DNA of 64,000 nucleotides from NCBI GenBank assembly GCA_043803405.1, contig JAZDKB010000036.1, positions 76,963 to 140,962 on the forward strand. Reading direction: 5' to 3'. Below the pieces are notes generated by a model that was not told the origin of the DNA, ran no database searches, and was given only the letters and a program-made list of their open reading frames with translations. The translations under genes and the position numbers were made by a program. Source of the DNA: Spirochaetota bacterium. GTDB taxonomy: Bacteria; Spirochaetota; UBA4802; JAFGDQ01. This document shows, piece by piece, positions 1-8,842 of the stretch (the stretch's first letter is position 1; the number at the start of each line of letters is the position of its first letter).

Positions 1-1256
1 TATGTGTCAAGATCAACTCTGTCAGTATCTTCCCAGTAACAAGGTATTGCTTTTCCGTTGCTCATATAACATCCTGAAGTGTAGACTTTACCTCCGGAAA
101 CAATGATAGAGCTGGCGTATGCATTTTCGGTAGCGCTTCCGCCGCCTGTTAAATTAGTTCGCGATGTGCCTGCCCAGTAACAGGGTACGTCCTTAGTGCC
201 ATTGTTATAATAACCTGCGGTATAAACCGTCCCGTTATATACTGTAATTGCCATTGCGTCTCCCGGGCGACCTCCGGTAGGGAGAGGGGTTTGCGTTGAA
301 CCTGTCCAGTAGCAGGGTGTTGAAAAGTCTACATTGCCTGCGGTATAAACAGTGTCCTCATAAACAGTCAAACCATAGACAAAACCATCTAGATATTCGC
401 TTATGTTTAAATCCATGCGCTGGCTATTTTCCCAGTAGCAAGGGATATAACATGAGGCGGAAGAATCTACGTAGAATCCGCCAACATAGATTTTCTGACT
501 TACAAAAATACCGGTTACCGCAATTGAGGTTGCGTATGCGTTGTGGCCTGCAACACCGGTCAGGTCAGTACGCGATGTATCTGTCCAGTAGCATGGTACA
601 AAAACACCACCGCTATCATAATAACCGGAGGTATATACTACTGAAGGGAATGGGGGTATATTAGCATAAGCAACTGCGGTAGCATAGGCTGTGCTTGAAG
701 CGCCTGCTGAAAGGTTTATGCGTTGCGTGCCTTTCCAGTAGCATGGCTTCTCGTCAGTGCCGTCCATATAGTAACCCGCGTAATACGCTGTCGTGCCTGA
801 AACAATTACCGGAGAATATGCACACCCTTTGACGCTATCCAGGGTTAAAAGTGCAGCTCCTCCCCAGAACCCCGGGTGCTCATCTGAACCGTCGCTGAAA
901 TCTCCGGCATTGTACAGAAAGGTTGTTACAACGCATGAATCGCTGAACCCGCCGTCCTCGCTTGCGGCAGTAACAATAGTTGTCCCTGCAGTTACCGCGT
1001 ACACCTTTCCGTTCGCGTCTACAGTGGCAATATCAGTACTTTGTGAGTGCCATGTGACGTTCTGGTTTGCGCCCGCGGGCGTAACAGTCGCGGTAAGCTG
1101 GTCAAAACCGCCAAGCGGGATTGAGCACGCAGTCTCGCTCAGTGATACACTCTGTGCCGGCACACTGCCGGCGGAACTGTCGCTGCTGTCTTTGCTGCAG
1201 TTCAACAGAAATAACATATTAAAAACACACAAATAAAACAACAAATACCGTTTCAT
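1..1256 (-). CDS. Lipoprotein with an Ig-like (Big_2-type) domain followed by ~45-aa 'VYTAGYY...PCYW' repeats (probable beta-propeller); 3' end runs off the window
   Basis: Not in the ORF track; I translated it by hand from ATG 1256 (GGAGGA RBS upstream): MKRYLLFYLCVFNMLFLLNC-SKDSDSS... It has a lipobox-like Cys, then 'QLTATVTPAGANQNVTWHS...IATVDANGKVYAVTAGTTIVTA' (Big_2 pattern), then six PCYW motifs. No stop before base 1. Confidence 0.85.
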   Translation of the reverse strand, partial: MKRYLLFYLCVFNMLFLLNCSKDSSDSSAGSVPAQSVSLSETACSIPLGGFDQLTATVTPAGANQNVTWHSQSTDIATVDANGKVYAVTAGTTIVTAASEDGGFSDSCVVTTFLYNAGDFSDGSDEHPGFWGGAALLTLDSVKGCAYSPVIVSGTTAYYAGYYMDGTDEKPCYWKGTQRINLSAGASSTAYATAVAYANIPPFPSVVYTSGYYDSGGVFVPCYWTDTSRTDLTGVAGHNAYATSIAVTGIFVSQKIYVGGFYVDSSASCYIPCYWENSQRMDLNISEYLDGFVYGLTVYEDTVYTAGNVDFSTPCYWTGSTQTPLPTGGRPGDAMAITVYNGTVYTAGYYNNGTKDVPCYWAGTSRTNLTGGGSATENAYASSIIVSGGKVYTSGCYMSNGKAIPCYWEDTDRVDLDT

Positions 1257-1322
1257 GGGATTTCCTCCGAATATATCATTATTTTTACATCATTTGAAAA
1301 TAGCTTTAATTGGATGCGCTGA

Positions 1323-1339
1323 CATCGGGGTAAATACTT
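1323..1339 (-). promoter_or_regulatory. Candidate operator (minus strand AAGTATTTACCCCGATG), shared with 62573-62589
   Basis: 16/17 identity to 62573-62589, with the same orientation and the same position between a 7TM-LuxR gene and a lipoprotein gene. Confidence 0.65.
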
Positions 1340-1425
1340 GGATTTGAATTTTTTTAAGTAATAGTAAAAATGAAGATTTAATGGTACTTATCTTAAAAAT
1401 AAAATTTCAAATGTATAGCTGATTA

Positions 1426-1551
1426 TAAATTAAAATAGATTGCAAAATTTTTGAGGACGCCTTTCAGGCCTGAGGGAACTGCCCAAAAAAACGTAAAAAC
1501 TAACACCGAAGGCCTGATTCCGCAAAAAATTTTGCAATCTATTTTAATTTA
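1426..1551. repeat. MITE/REP-like palindromic element with a 27-bp perfect terminal inverted repeat
   Basis: taaattaaaatagattgcaaaattttt (1426-1452) pairs perfectly with 1525-1551; inner pair tcaggcct/aggcctga. Confidence 0.75.
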
Positions 1552-1582
1552 ATAAATATAAAGCATAATTTCAGGACGCGCC

Positions 1583-2830
1583 CTAAATCAGATTATATTC
1601 GCGGGCTTTGTTAAGCAGCTCTATTTTATTGTTTATGTTGAGTTTATGATAAATATTATACAAATGGGTCTCAATAGTGCGCTCTGCAAGATTTAATTTC
1701 TTTCCGATTTCAATGTTGGATAAGCCGGTTAAGGACAGGGTGATTATGTCAAACTGCTTATGCGTAAGTTTATATTTTTTCCGGAATTCTTTTATCCCTT
1801 TATTTTCCCTGGATATAACCAGAATGCCGGTAAGGTCTCCGAAATTATCTGTTATTCCTGTAAAATACGAATCTGTAAATATGTTATCAGGCTTTGCCAT
1901 ATATTCAATTTTGCAATCAAAGCTCTTTATTTGCTTTTCAGCAAGGTTATGAAGCTCTATGTTTAAATAATTGTTTTCTGATACAATTTCAGAATAATTT
2001 TTATTCTTAAGAGCCTCTTTAGAGAGATTATTATCCATTAACTCAATAAATTTATTGTTAGCTTCTATTATTCTGAAGTCCGGGCTCAGAAGGATCACAA
2101 TCTCCTGTATATTAGAAATGATTTTATCTGCTGCCATGGACGGCTGGAACACAAGGAATTTGTATTTTACCATTGAATACCACAGGCCGGTAATATAAAA
2201 AAGCAGAATAGTCGGCCCTGAATTGGGCGGATCGTAATATTTTAACGCAGGGAAAACTATATCCAGCAGGCAGGCAACAGACATGGTTATGAAGTAAAAG
2301 ATAAGGATCAATCCTGCCTGCTTTTTTATTTTCTGAAGTCTGGTGTTTTTTCTCCAGCTGGCCAGTAAATAGATTACAGTTCCGGCATTAATATTGATAA
2401 TTATTATATAAAAGATAAATCCGAATGTATCAGGAGTTATAATGAACTCCCATCTTCCTTCGTACAGGAAACAATCCGAATAAAGTGTTGAAGATGTTAT
2501 TGTGATTATTGTAAGTATGACAGCCTGTAAATATATAACAGGAATAAAACATTTGTTTAATTTCTTCCCTGTAAGCTCAAAAGTAAAATGCGTGTTCACG
2601 CTGAGAAACAGAAATACAAATGGTATCGATGCCTTGTACCAGAAAAAAACATTATCCTTGTCATTGGAGGAATATGCAAAACTGGCAAACAAAGCCCAGA
2701 TTGAAAATGTGAGACACAAAAGAAAGAACAGCCTGTGGGTTATGCTTTTATAATTGAATCTTAGAATATAAATTCCGAAATAAACGAAGCTTATAAATAT
2801 AATGATATTTAAAAGTGAAAGTATATTCAT
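1583..2830 (-). CDS. Membrane-anchored LuxR-family regulator (N-terminal 7TM sensor, PAS-like domain, C-terminal LuxR HTH)
   Basis: About seven hydrophobic segments; 'IVILLSPDFRIIEANNKF' PAS-like start; C-terminal 'LTHKQFDII...GLSNIEIGKKLNLAERTIETHLYNIYHKLNINNK' LuxR HTH. Confidence 0.9.
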   Translation of the reverse strand: MNILSLLNIIIFISFVYFGIYILRFNYKSITHRLFFLLCLTFSIWALFASFAYSSNDKDNVFFWYKASIPFVFLFLSVNTHFTFELTGKKLNKCFIPVIYLQAVILTIITITSSTLYSDCFLYEGRWEFIITPDTFGFIFYIIIININAGTVIYLLASWRKNTRLQKIKKQAGLILIFYFITMSVACLLDIVFPALKYYDPPNSGPTILLFYITGLWYSMVKYKFLVFQPSMAADKIISNIQEIVILLSPDFRIIEANNKFIELMDNNLSKEALKNKNYSEIVSENNYLNIELHNLAEKQIKSFDCKIEYMAKPDNIFTDSYFTGITDNFGDLTGILVISRENKGIKEFRKKYKLTHKQFDIITLSLTGLSNIEIGKKLNLAERTIETHLYNIYHKLNINNKIELLNKAREYNLI

Positions 2831-2979
2831 TTTCTTTTTGATAATGAAATATGGAGTTTTTCAATTATTATCATTTTGTATTACATAAAATATTCAGATT
2901 TTTAGCCTTATTATTAAAAGTGCTGTTCAGAAAAAGGATTTTCTATACAAAATACTAATTTTATGCAGATCCAGTATGG

Positions 2980-3111
2980 TTTTGCTGCTGCTTCACGGTC
3001 ATTCTACCTTTGTCTCACGATCATAGTGATGCTATGACCGTGAGGTAGAGTTGCTGCCTCACGGTCACTCTAATGCTACCTCAGTGAGGTAGTAATGCTT
3101 TCTCACTGAGG
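2980..3111. repeat. Six-unit degenerate tandem array, period 22 bp, built of alternating 11-bp pseudo-palindromes
   Basis: Cores start at 2991, 3013, 3035, 3057, 3079 and 3101 (CTTCACGGTCA, TCTCACGATCA, TGACCGTGAGG, CCTCACGGTCA, CCTCAGTGAGG, TCTCACTGAGG); linkers approximate TAGTAATGCTA. Confidence 0.8.
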
Positions 3112-3242
3112 TTTTATCCTTATATCCGTTATATTTACTTGTTTTTATTCAGAATTCAGCCTTTTTTAGGTTGTATTTATTTAAAATATATTCATTTAAG
3201 ATACTTAAATATATTAGTCAATGTAAATTCAGTTGTTAATTA

Positions 3243-4715
3243 ATGAACGAATACAAAGAAAATAATGTCCTGATCATAGGCTCCGGCATTGGCGGGCTCT
3301 CGTGCGGTATAATTCTTTTAAAGCTCGGTTATAATGTAACTGTAATCGAAAAAAACAAAGAGCCCGGCGGCATGATGCGCAGCTACAGGCGCCTCGGTAT
3401 TGAATGCCCGGTCGGCGTGCACTACTTGGGATCGCTGGATAACAACCAGGTTCTCCGCCGGATATTCGATTATCTTGGCGTTACATCAAAGATTCAACTG
3501 GAACGAATGGGCGTTAATGCGCCAATAGACAAATACATTTTCGACGACTTTGCATTTGATCTGCCTTCAGGAATAGACGAGTACGAAAATGCTCTGCTGG
3601 AAAAGTTTCCTGATGACAGGAAAGCGATTATAGAAATAATGAGCGGCGTAAGAAAGATCGCGTCCATAATGCAAACCCTCGAGTTTATTTCAGGAAGCAG
3701 CAATGAGTCTTCAATATTTACATCGTTCGAGTTTTTCGATTCAATGGGCGATCTTGTTTCAAAACTAAACTGCTCCAGGAACCTGTGCAGCGTGCTCGAA
3801 GTCCCTTGCACATGGATAGGCCTTTCATTAAAAGAGTGCCCTGTGTTTTATCATTATAATGTTCTTTCGTCTTACCTGTTTTCAGCATGGAGACTTAAAT
3901 GCAGCGGAGCTGATATGGCAAATGCGTTCGCCGGCAGGTTTAAAGAGCTTGGAGGAAAAATAATTCTCGGAGATATGGTCGAGAAGATTCTTACAAAGGA
4001 CCGCGTTGCTGAAGGTATAAGGCTTAAATCCGGACTGGAGATGAAAAGCAGTATTATTATCGCAGCTGTGCATCCGAAAACAATGCTCGCAATTTTACAG
4101 GAGGGATCTGTCAAGCCTGCTTATTCGAAAAGAATAAGCCAGATTGAAGATACGGACGGAATGTTTTCGGTTCAGCTTGGAGTGGACTCGAAAGCCAGCG
4201 AAGAACTGCCTTATAATATCTTCAGGCTGAGAGCGAATAAAGAGGGCTCATTATCAAAAGGAGCTTTTTTTCAGCTTAGGAAATCCGAAAAGCCGGATAT
4301 GAATCTCTTAACTATTATTTCGACCAGTAAATATTCTGAATGGCAAAAATGGGAAACCACTATAAGCGGAAAAAGAGGGAATGACTATCTTGATAAAAAA
4401 GGAATAATAGCTGAAGAATTAATAAACATTGCATCCGGTTGCATCGGCCCGTTTAAGGGGCAGAAAATTCTGGATACTTACTCGCCGCTCACTATACGGG
4501 ACTGGGCAGCAAGCCCGTGCGGTTCGGCGTACGGCGTTCTGCGCTCCAAGGAACAGCTTTTAAAAACAGCGCTTCTTAACAGGACTTCTGTTAAGGGGCT
4601 ATATCTTGCAGGCCAAAGCGTTCTTGCTCCCGGCATTCTTGGAACAGCGCTCGGGTCACTGGTGACTGTAAAAGACATAGTAGGAAGCGAGGCATTTAAA
4701 GCAGTTATTTTATGA
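3243..4715 (+). CDS. FAD-dependent oxidoreductase, phytoene desaturase (CrtI)/retinol saturase-like
   Basis: N-terminal GSGIGG Rossmann motif, 'VGVHYLG', C-terminal 'GSAYG...VKGLYLAGQS...PGILG'. Confidence 0.85.
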   Translation: MNEYKENNVLIIGSGIGGLSCGIILLKLGYNVTVIEKNKEPGGMMRSYRRLGIECPVGVHYLGSLDNNQVLRRIFDYLGVTSKIQLERMGVNAPIDKYIFDDFAFDLPSGIDEYENALLEKFPDDRKAIIEIMSGVRKIASIMQTLEFISGSSNESSIFTSFEFFDSMGDLVSKLNCSRNLCSVLEVPCTWIGLSLKECPVFYHYNVLSSYLFSAWRLKCSGADMANAFAGRFKELGGKIILGDMVEKILTKDRVAEGIRLKSGLEMKSSIIIAAVHPKTMLAILQEGSVKPAYSKRISQIEDTDGMFSVQLGVDSKASEELPYNIFRLRANKEGSLSKGAFFQLRKSEKPDMNLLTIISTSKYSEWQKWETTISGKRGNDYLDKKGIIAEELINIASGCIGPFKGQKILDTYSPLTIRDWAASPCGSAYGVLRSKEQLLKTALLNRTSVKGLYLAGQSVLAPGILGTALGSLVTVKDIVGSEAFKAVIL

Positions 4716-6061
4716 AAATCCTTCTTATATCCGCAAATAAACTAAAAAGCCCGTACCCTGTTTATCCGCTCGGACTAGACTATGTCTCTGGTTCTGTTTC
4801 GCAAAAACATATTGTAAAAATAATAGACCTTAATGAATTTGAGGATATTAATTCAGCCGGCATTACAGTTAAAGACTTTCCTGCTGACATTATAGGAATA
4901 TCCTTAAGGAACGTGGATAATACTGATACAGGTGACCTCAAATATTTTCTTGATCAATACAGGAATCTAATCAGCAGTATAAGAAAGAATTCAAAAGCAT
5001 TGATTGTGCTTGGCGGCAGCGCGTTCACTATTTTTCCTTCGGAGTTTATGCAGGCTCTGGATGCGGACTATGGAATTATCGGAGAGGGTGAACGGTTCGG
5101 CTTTCTGGCAGATGCGCTGGAAGAAAAAAAAGATCCGCTTGAAATTCACGGCGTAATTGCAAAGAATTCGGTAGCGAAGATACCGCAGCCGTGGCCCGAA
5201 TCAATAATAAGAAAATTTAATACGAATAATTCATATATCAATTATTATCTTAACAAGGGCGGGATGCTCAATCTCCAGACAAAGAGAGGCTGCTCTTTTA
5301 AATGCATATACTGCACGTATCCGCATATTGAGGGGAGCAGCCTGAGGCTGTTCCCGCCAGGCGAGATCGCAAAGACTGCTCTGGAACTCGAAAAAGCAGG
5401 TGCTAAATACTTATTCATTACTGACTCTGCGTTTAACTGCAGCTATGCTCACAGCACGGAAGTGGCCAACGCATTTATAAAGGCAGGATTGTCCATTCCA
5501 TGGGGCGCGTTCTTTGCCCCTACGCGCCCGCCTGCCGGTTATTATACCACGCTGGCAAAGGCAGGGCTTACGCACACGGAATTCGGCACTGAATCCATGT
5601 CGGATACCATGCTGCGAAGTTACAGGAAGCCTTTTAATACTGCGGACGTATTTCACGCTCACAAGCTTGCGCTCGATGCAGGGCTCCATGTTGCGCACTA
5701 CTTTTTATTCGGAGGCCCGGGCGAGAACAGCGCGACCCTTGATGAGTCCCTAGCCAACATTGAAAGATTATCAAAGGCAGTGTTCTTCATGTTCTGCGGC
5801 ATGAGGATTTATCCGCATACGGAGCTTTATGAGATCGCAAAAAAAGAAGGACAGTTAACAGAATCAATGTCATTGCTTGAACCGGTATTTTATAAATCAA
5901 ATGCAATCTCTTCTGAAGATATAATAAAAGCAATAGAGGCCAGGGCAGGCGGCAGGCAGAACTGGGTAACAGGTTCGGGCAGCAAAAAAACATCCAGATT
6001 GATGAGCCGCATGTATAAGCACGGGCACACAGGCCCTTTATGGGAGCATTTGATACAATGA
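4712..6061 (+). CDS. B12-binding radical SAM protein, lipid-biosynthesis-associated type
   Basis: N-terminal 'PYPVYPLGLDY...IIGISLRNVDN...LGGSAF' B12-binding domain; 'QTKRGCSFKCIYC' CxxxCxxC; ATGA-coupled to neighbours on both sides. Confidence 0.9.
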   Translation: MKILLISANKLKSPYPVYPLGLDYVSGSVSQKHIVKIIDLNEFEDINSAGITVKDFPADIIGISLRNVDNTDTGDLKYFLDQYRNLISSIRKNSKALIVLGGSAFTIFPSEFMQALDADYGIIGEGERFGFLADALEEKKDPLEIHGVIAKNSVAKIPQPWPESIIRKFNTNNSYINYYLNKGGMLNLQTKRGCSFKCIYCTYPHIEGSSLRLFPPGEIAKTALELEKAGAKYLFITDSAFNCSYAHSTEVANAFIKAGLSIPWGAFFAPTRPPAGYYTTLAKAGLTHTEFGTESMSDTMLRSYRKPFNTADVFHAHKLALDAGLHVAHYFLFGGPGENSATLDESLANIERLSKAVFFMFCGMRIYPHTELYEIAKKEGQLTESMSLLEPVFYKSNAISSEDIIKAIEARAGGRQNWVTGSGSKKTSRLMSRMYKHGHTGPLWEHLIQ

Positions 6062-6855
6062 AGAAGCGGGATAACTTTACGTTTACTCCTTTTCACATTA
6101 CAGGCATAATCGCAATACTACTCTCGGTCGTTCTTTTATTTAAGAGCGCTATGCTTGCGCTTGCTCCCCTGGCTGTTTTCGCTCTGATCTGCGCAGTGGC
6201 GCCGTTCATGACAGGTTTCGGCTTTTTTCTGCCTGTGATAAGCCGCGGGCTAGCCGGCAAAAACGCTGTTGCTCTCACATTTGACGACGGGCCTTCGGAC
6301 GACGTTACACCTGCTGTGCTGAAGCTGCTATCGAAATATTCTGCCAAAGCGACCTTCTTCGTAACAGGCGAAAACGCGTCCCGGCATCCGGAAATAATCA
6401 GAAAAATTCTTAAACAGGGACATTTAATCGGCAATCATTCGTTTAAGCACGATCCGCTGCTTATGCTTCGGACAAGAAAGACGCTCTTTAACGAAATAAG
6501 CGAATGCCAGAATATCTTACAAAAATTTAAAATAACGCCCTGTGCATTCAGACCGCCCGCGGGGATAACGAATCCGAGGCTGCGCGGTGTCCTGGCAGAA
6601 CTCGGTTTATTCTGCGTAAACTGGAGCTGCAGGGGATTCGATGCAGGGAACAGAAACGTAAAAGGCCTTTCGGATAAGATCCTCAAAAAGGTTAAGCCGG
6701 GCGACATTATTCTGCTTCACGACGTCAATCCGGGCAGCAGTGACAGCGAAAAAAAAATACTTGCCGAGTTTGAAAAATTGCTGAAAGGCCTTAGAAATTC
6801 AGGGCTTAATATTGTTCCGCTGCCGGAACTTATCGAAAAAGATGTGATGAAATAG
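6058..6855 (+). CDS. Polysaccharide deacetylase (NodB/CE4) with N-terminal membrane anchor
   Basis: TFDDGP, GNHSFKH, FRPPAG and ILLHD motifs; start at 6058 overlaps the upstream stop (ATGA). Confidence 0.9.
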   Translation: MKKRDNFTFTPFHITGIIAILLSVVLLFKSAMLALAPLAVFALICAVAPFMTGFGFFLPVISRGLAGKNAVALTFDDGPSDDVTPAVLKLLSKYSAKATFFVTGENASRHPEIIRKILKQGHLIGNHSFKHDPLLMLRTRKTLFNEISECQNILQKFKITPCAFRPPAGITNPRLRGVLAELGLFCVNWSCRGFDAGNRNVKGLSDKILKKVKPGDIILLHDVNPGSSDSEKKILAEFEKLLKGLRNSGLNIVPLPELIEKDVMK

Positions 6856-6898
6856 GCTCTTGCATATAAAAGCAGGTATAGACTTGTCTTTTTTTTAC

Positions 6899-6928
6899 TT
6901 GACATTATTTGTTATGCGGAAATATTGT
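6899..6928 (+). promoter_or_regulatory. Putative sigma70 promoter for the dehydratase-ACP-radical SAM unit
   Basis: TTGACA-N18-TATTGT in the 140-bp gap before 6995. Confidence 0.4.
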
Positions 6929-6994
6929 TAAGTTTACTTTTTATTGAACAAATTAAAAAATAATGTCATTTAATAGCCGGTTTAACAGTAAAGT

Positions 6995-7366
6995 ATGAAT
7001 GACTGGTATTCGCTTTCAAATTTGCAATTAGACTCTGGGAAAAATATTTCAGCAAATGCCGTAGTGCCTGCAGATTCGCCATGGTTTTCCGGGCATTTTC
7101 CCGGACAGCCTATATTGCCGGGTATTGCAGAATTGTCGATTGTTTTCGATTTACTAAAAAAAAATCATAATATTACTGGAAATAAGAATAATTTAATTAT
7201 ATTATCTTTAAAGAAGGTCAGGTTTAAAGTTCTCGTTAAACCGGAAGAATTGCTTAATATTAAAGTTATTCAGGTTGAGAATTCAGCAAATACCTATTCA
7301 TTTAAAATAACTGCTGCTAATAAATTAACCTGTTCAGGCACTATCGCAGTAACAGAAACCAGCTAA
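6995..7366 (+). CDS. FabZ/FabA-like (ApeI-type) hotdog dehydratase
   Basis: 'WFSGHFPGQPILPGIAEL' and 'VRFKVLVKP' motifs. Confidence 0.85.
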   Translation: MNDWYSLSNLQLDSGKNISANAVVPADSPWFSGHFPGQPILPGIAELSIVFDLLKKNHNITGNKNNLIILSLKKVRFKVLVKPEELLNIKVIQVENSANTYSFKITAANKLTCSGTIAVTETS

Positions 7367-7411
7367 AACATTTAAATGGCAGACCGATTTGTCCGAAATG
7401 GAGGAAAATTA

Positions 7412-7681
7412 ATGGCAAAAACTATTGAAGCAAAAGATATTATTTTAAAGACAGCAGAAATAATTATCAATGAATTGAAACTGGAAGATATTACAGCCGA
7501 GACATTTGACCCGGATCTTGACCTTGTTGATGAACTCGGAATTGACAGCATGGATCTTACTACTGTTGCGCTTGTGCTTCAGGATGAGTATAATATTACC
7601 ATTGATGAAGACGACTATCCGACTTTAAAGACAGTACGGTTAATATCAGATTATATTCAGAAAGAACTTAAGAGTAAATAA
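7412..7681 (+). CDS. Acyl carrier protein
   Basis: Acidic 89-aa protein with LGIDSMDL phosphopantetheine site; GGAGG RBS before ATG 7412. Confidence 0.92.
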   Translation: MAKTIEAKDIILKTAEIIINELKLEDITAETFDPDLDLVDELGIDSMDLTTVALVLQDEYNITIDEDDYPTLKTVRLISDYIQKELKSK

Positions 7682-7688
7682 TTTATAT

Positions 7689-8807
7689 ATGATTCAAGCA
7701 GGCAAAAAAATAGACGCCCTTGATTTATCAGCCCTGATAAATAAAGGCTGCGCTCTTAAAAAAAACAAATGGAAATTCTCCGATCTTATAGCTGATCCGA
7801 CTATTCGCGATAGATGGGAAAAAGTAAAAAAATATTTCTTTCTCCGCGAAACCACTTACGATATGAGCAACCGCTGTAATCTGAAATGCGACGGATGCTA
7901 TTACTATGAGGGCGACAAGCAGTTCACTGAAGAGAACAGGGACCCGGAAGCATGGCGCGCCCTTATGCGCGAAGAAAAAGCCCGCGGAATAACATACGTG
8001 GTACTTGCGGGCGCTGAGCCGTCGCTTTCGCCTGAGCTTTTAAAAGTGTGCTATGAAGAAATACCGCTCGGGAGCATAGCGACGAACGGCTTTAAGCGCA
8101 TTCCCGAAGAAGTCGATTACATGATACATATATCAGTATGGGGAAATGACAAAACAACGGCAAGGATACGCGGCGCCGAAAACCTGTTAAAAAAGCAAAT
8201 CCAGAATTACAAAGGCGATCCAAGGGCTGTATTTGTTTATACTTTCACAAAAGAGAACATAAACGAAGTCTATGAAGTAATAAATATAATATCGGAAAAT
8301 AACTGCAAAATAACATTTAACATGTTTTCATCTCCTGTAGGCTATATGGGTGGCCTTCGTCATACAAAAGAGTCCCTGCTAAGAACAAGAAATGCAATGA
8401 TAGACCTGTTAAAGAAGTATCCCGATAACGTGCTGTTCTCACCGTACAGCGCTGTTTCGCATACGCACGAAAAATCCCTGCATGATTTATTTAAATGTTC
8501 ATATCCGAGAGTAAATTCGTCCACTGATATAGGACTGGGACGTTCGTTCAGGCAGTACAGGACAAATCTTTCGTGGGACAGAAGCGCGGCGTGCTGCGTG
8601 CCCGACACTGACTGCGACGACTGCAGGCATTACGCGTCCGGGAGCGCTGTAGTAACCGCAAGGCTTTACAGGCACGCGGTAAATCCGGAATCTTTTAAGT
8701 CATGGCTGGATTATGTTGACACTTATCTGTCGATCTGGGTCAGAGGCTACGAAAAAAGCAAAAATCTTTGCGATGTTCCTTACTCACCGCCTGGATTCGA
8801 ATTATAA
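7689..8807 (+). CDS. Radical SAM protein with Cys-rich C-terminus (paralogue 1)
   Basis: CNLKCDGC, AGAEP, C-terminal CCVPDTDCDDC. Confidence 0.9.
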   Translation: MIQAGKKIDALDLSALINKGCALKKNKWKFSDLIADPTIRDRWEKVKKYFFLRETTYDMSNRCNLKCDGCYYYEGDKQFTEENRDPEAWRALMREEKARGITYVVLAGAEPSLSPELLKVCYEEIPLGSIATNGFKRIPEEVDYMIHISVWGNDKTTARIRGAENLLKKQIQNYKGDPRAVFVYTFTKENINEVYEVINIISENNCKITFNMFSSPVGYMGGLRHTKESLLRTRNAMIDLLKKYPDNVLFSPYSAVSHTHEKSLHDLFKCSYPRVNSSTDIGLGRSFRQYRTNLSWDRSAACCVPDTDCDDCRHYASGSAVVTARLYRHAVNPESFKSWLDYVDTYLSIWVRGYEKSKNLCDVPYSPPGFEL

Positions 8808-8842
8808 CACACAATCATTTATTTTTATTTTAGGAAAGGTTA

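Noticed and set aside
296..1236. Plus-strand ORFs 296-664 and 793-1236
   Set aside because: Antisense shadows of the real minus-strand lipoprotein gene 1-1256, which has an RBS, a lipobox and recognisable domains
1453..1524. Cobalamin riboswitch (AGGGAA...CTGCCC), suggested by the nearby B12 enzyme
   Set aside because: Lacks the GGTG/AATCC and B12-box elements, is too short, and lies inside a terminal-inverted-repeat element
2980..3111. CRISPR array interpretation of the 22-bp repeat
   Set aside because: Units are too short, linkers resemble each other rather than being unique spacers, cores flip orientation, and no cas genes are present
3243..4715. Carotenoid biosynthesis
   Set aside because: No phytoene synthase, GGPP synthase or cyclase nearby; the context is ACP-dependent fatty-acyl chemistry
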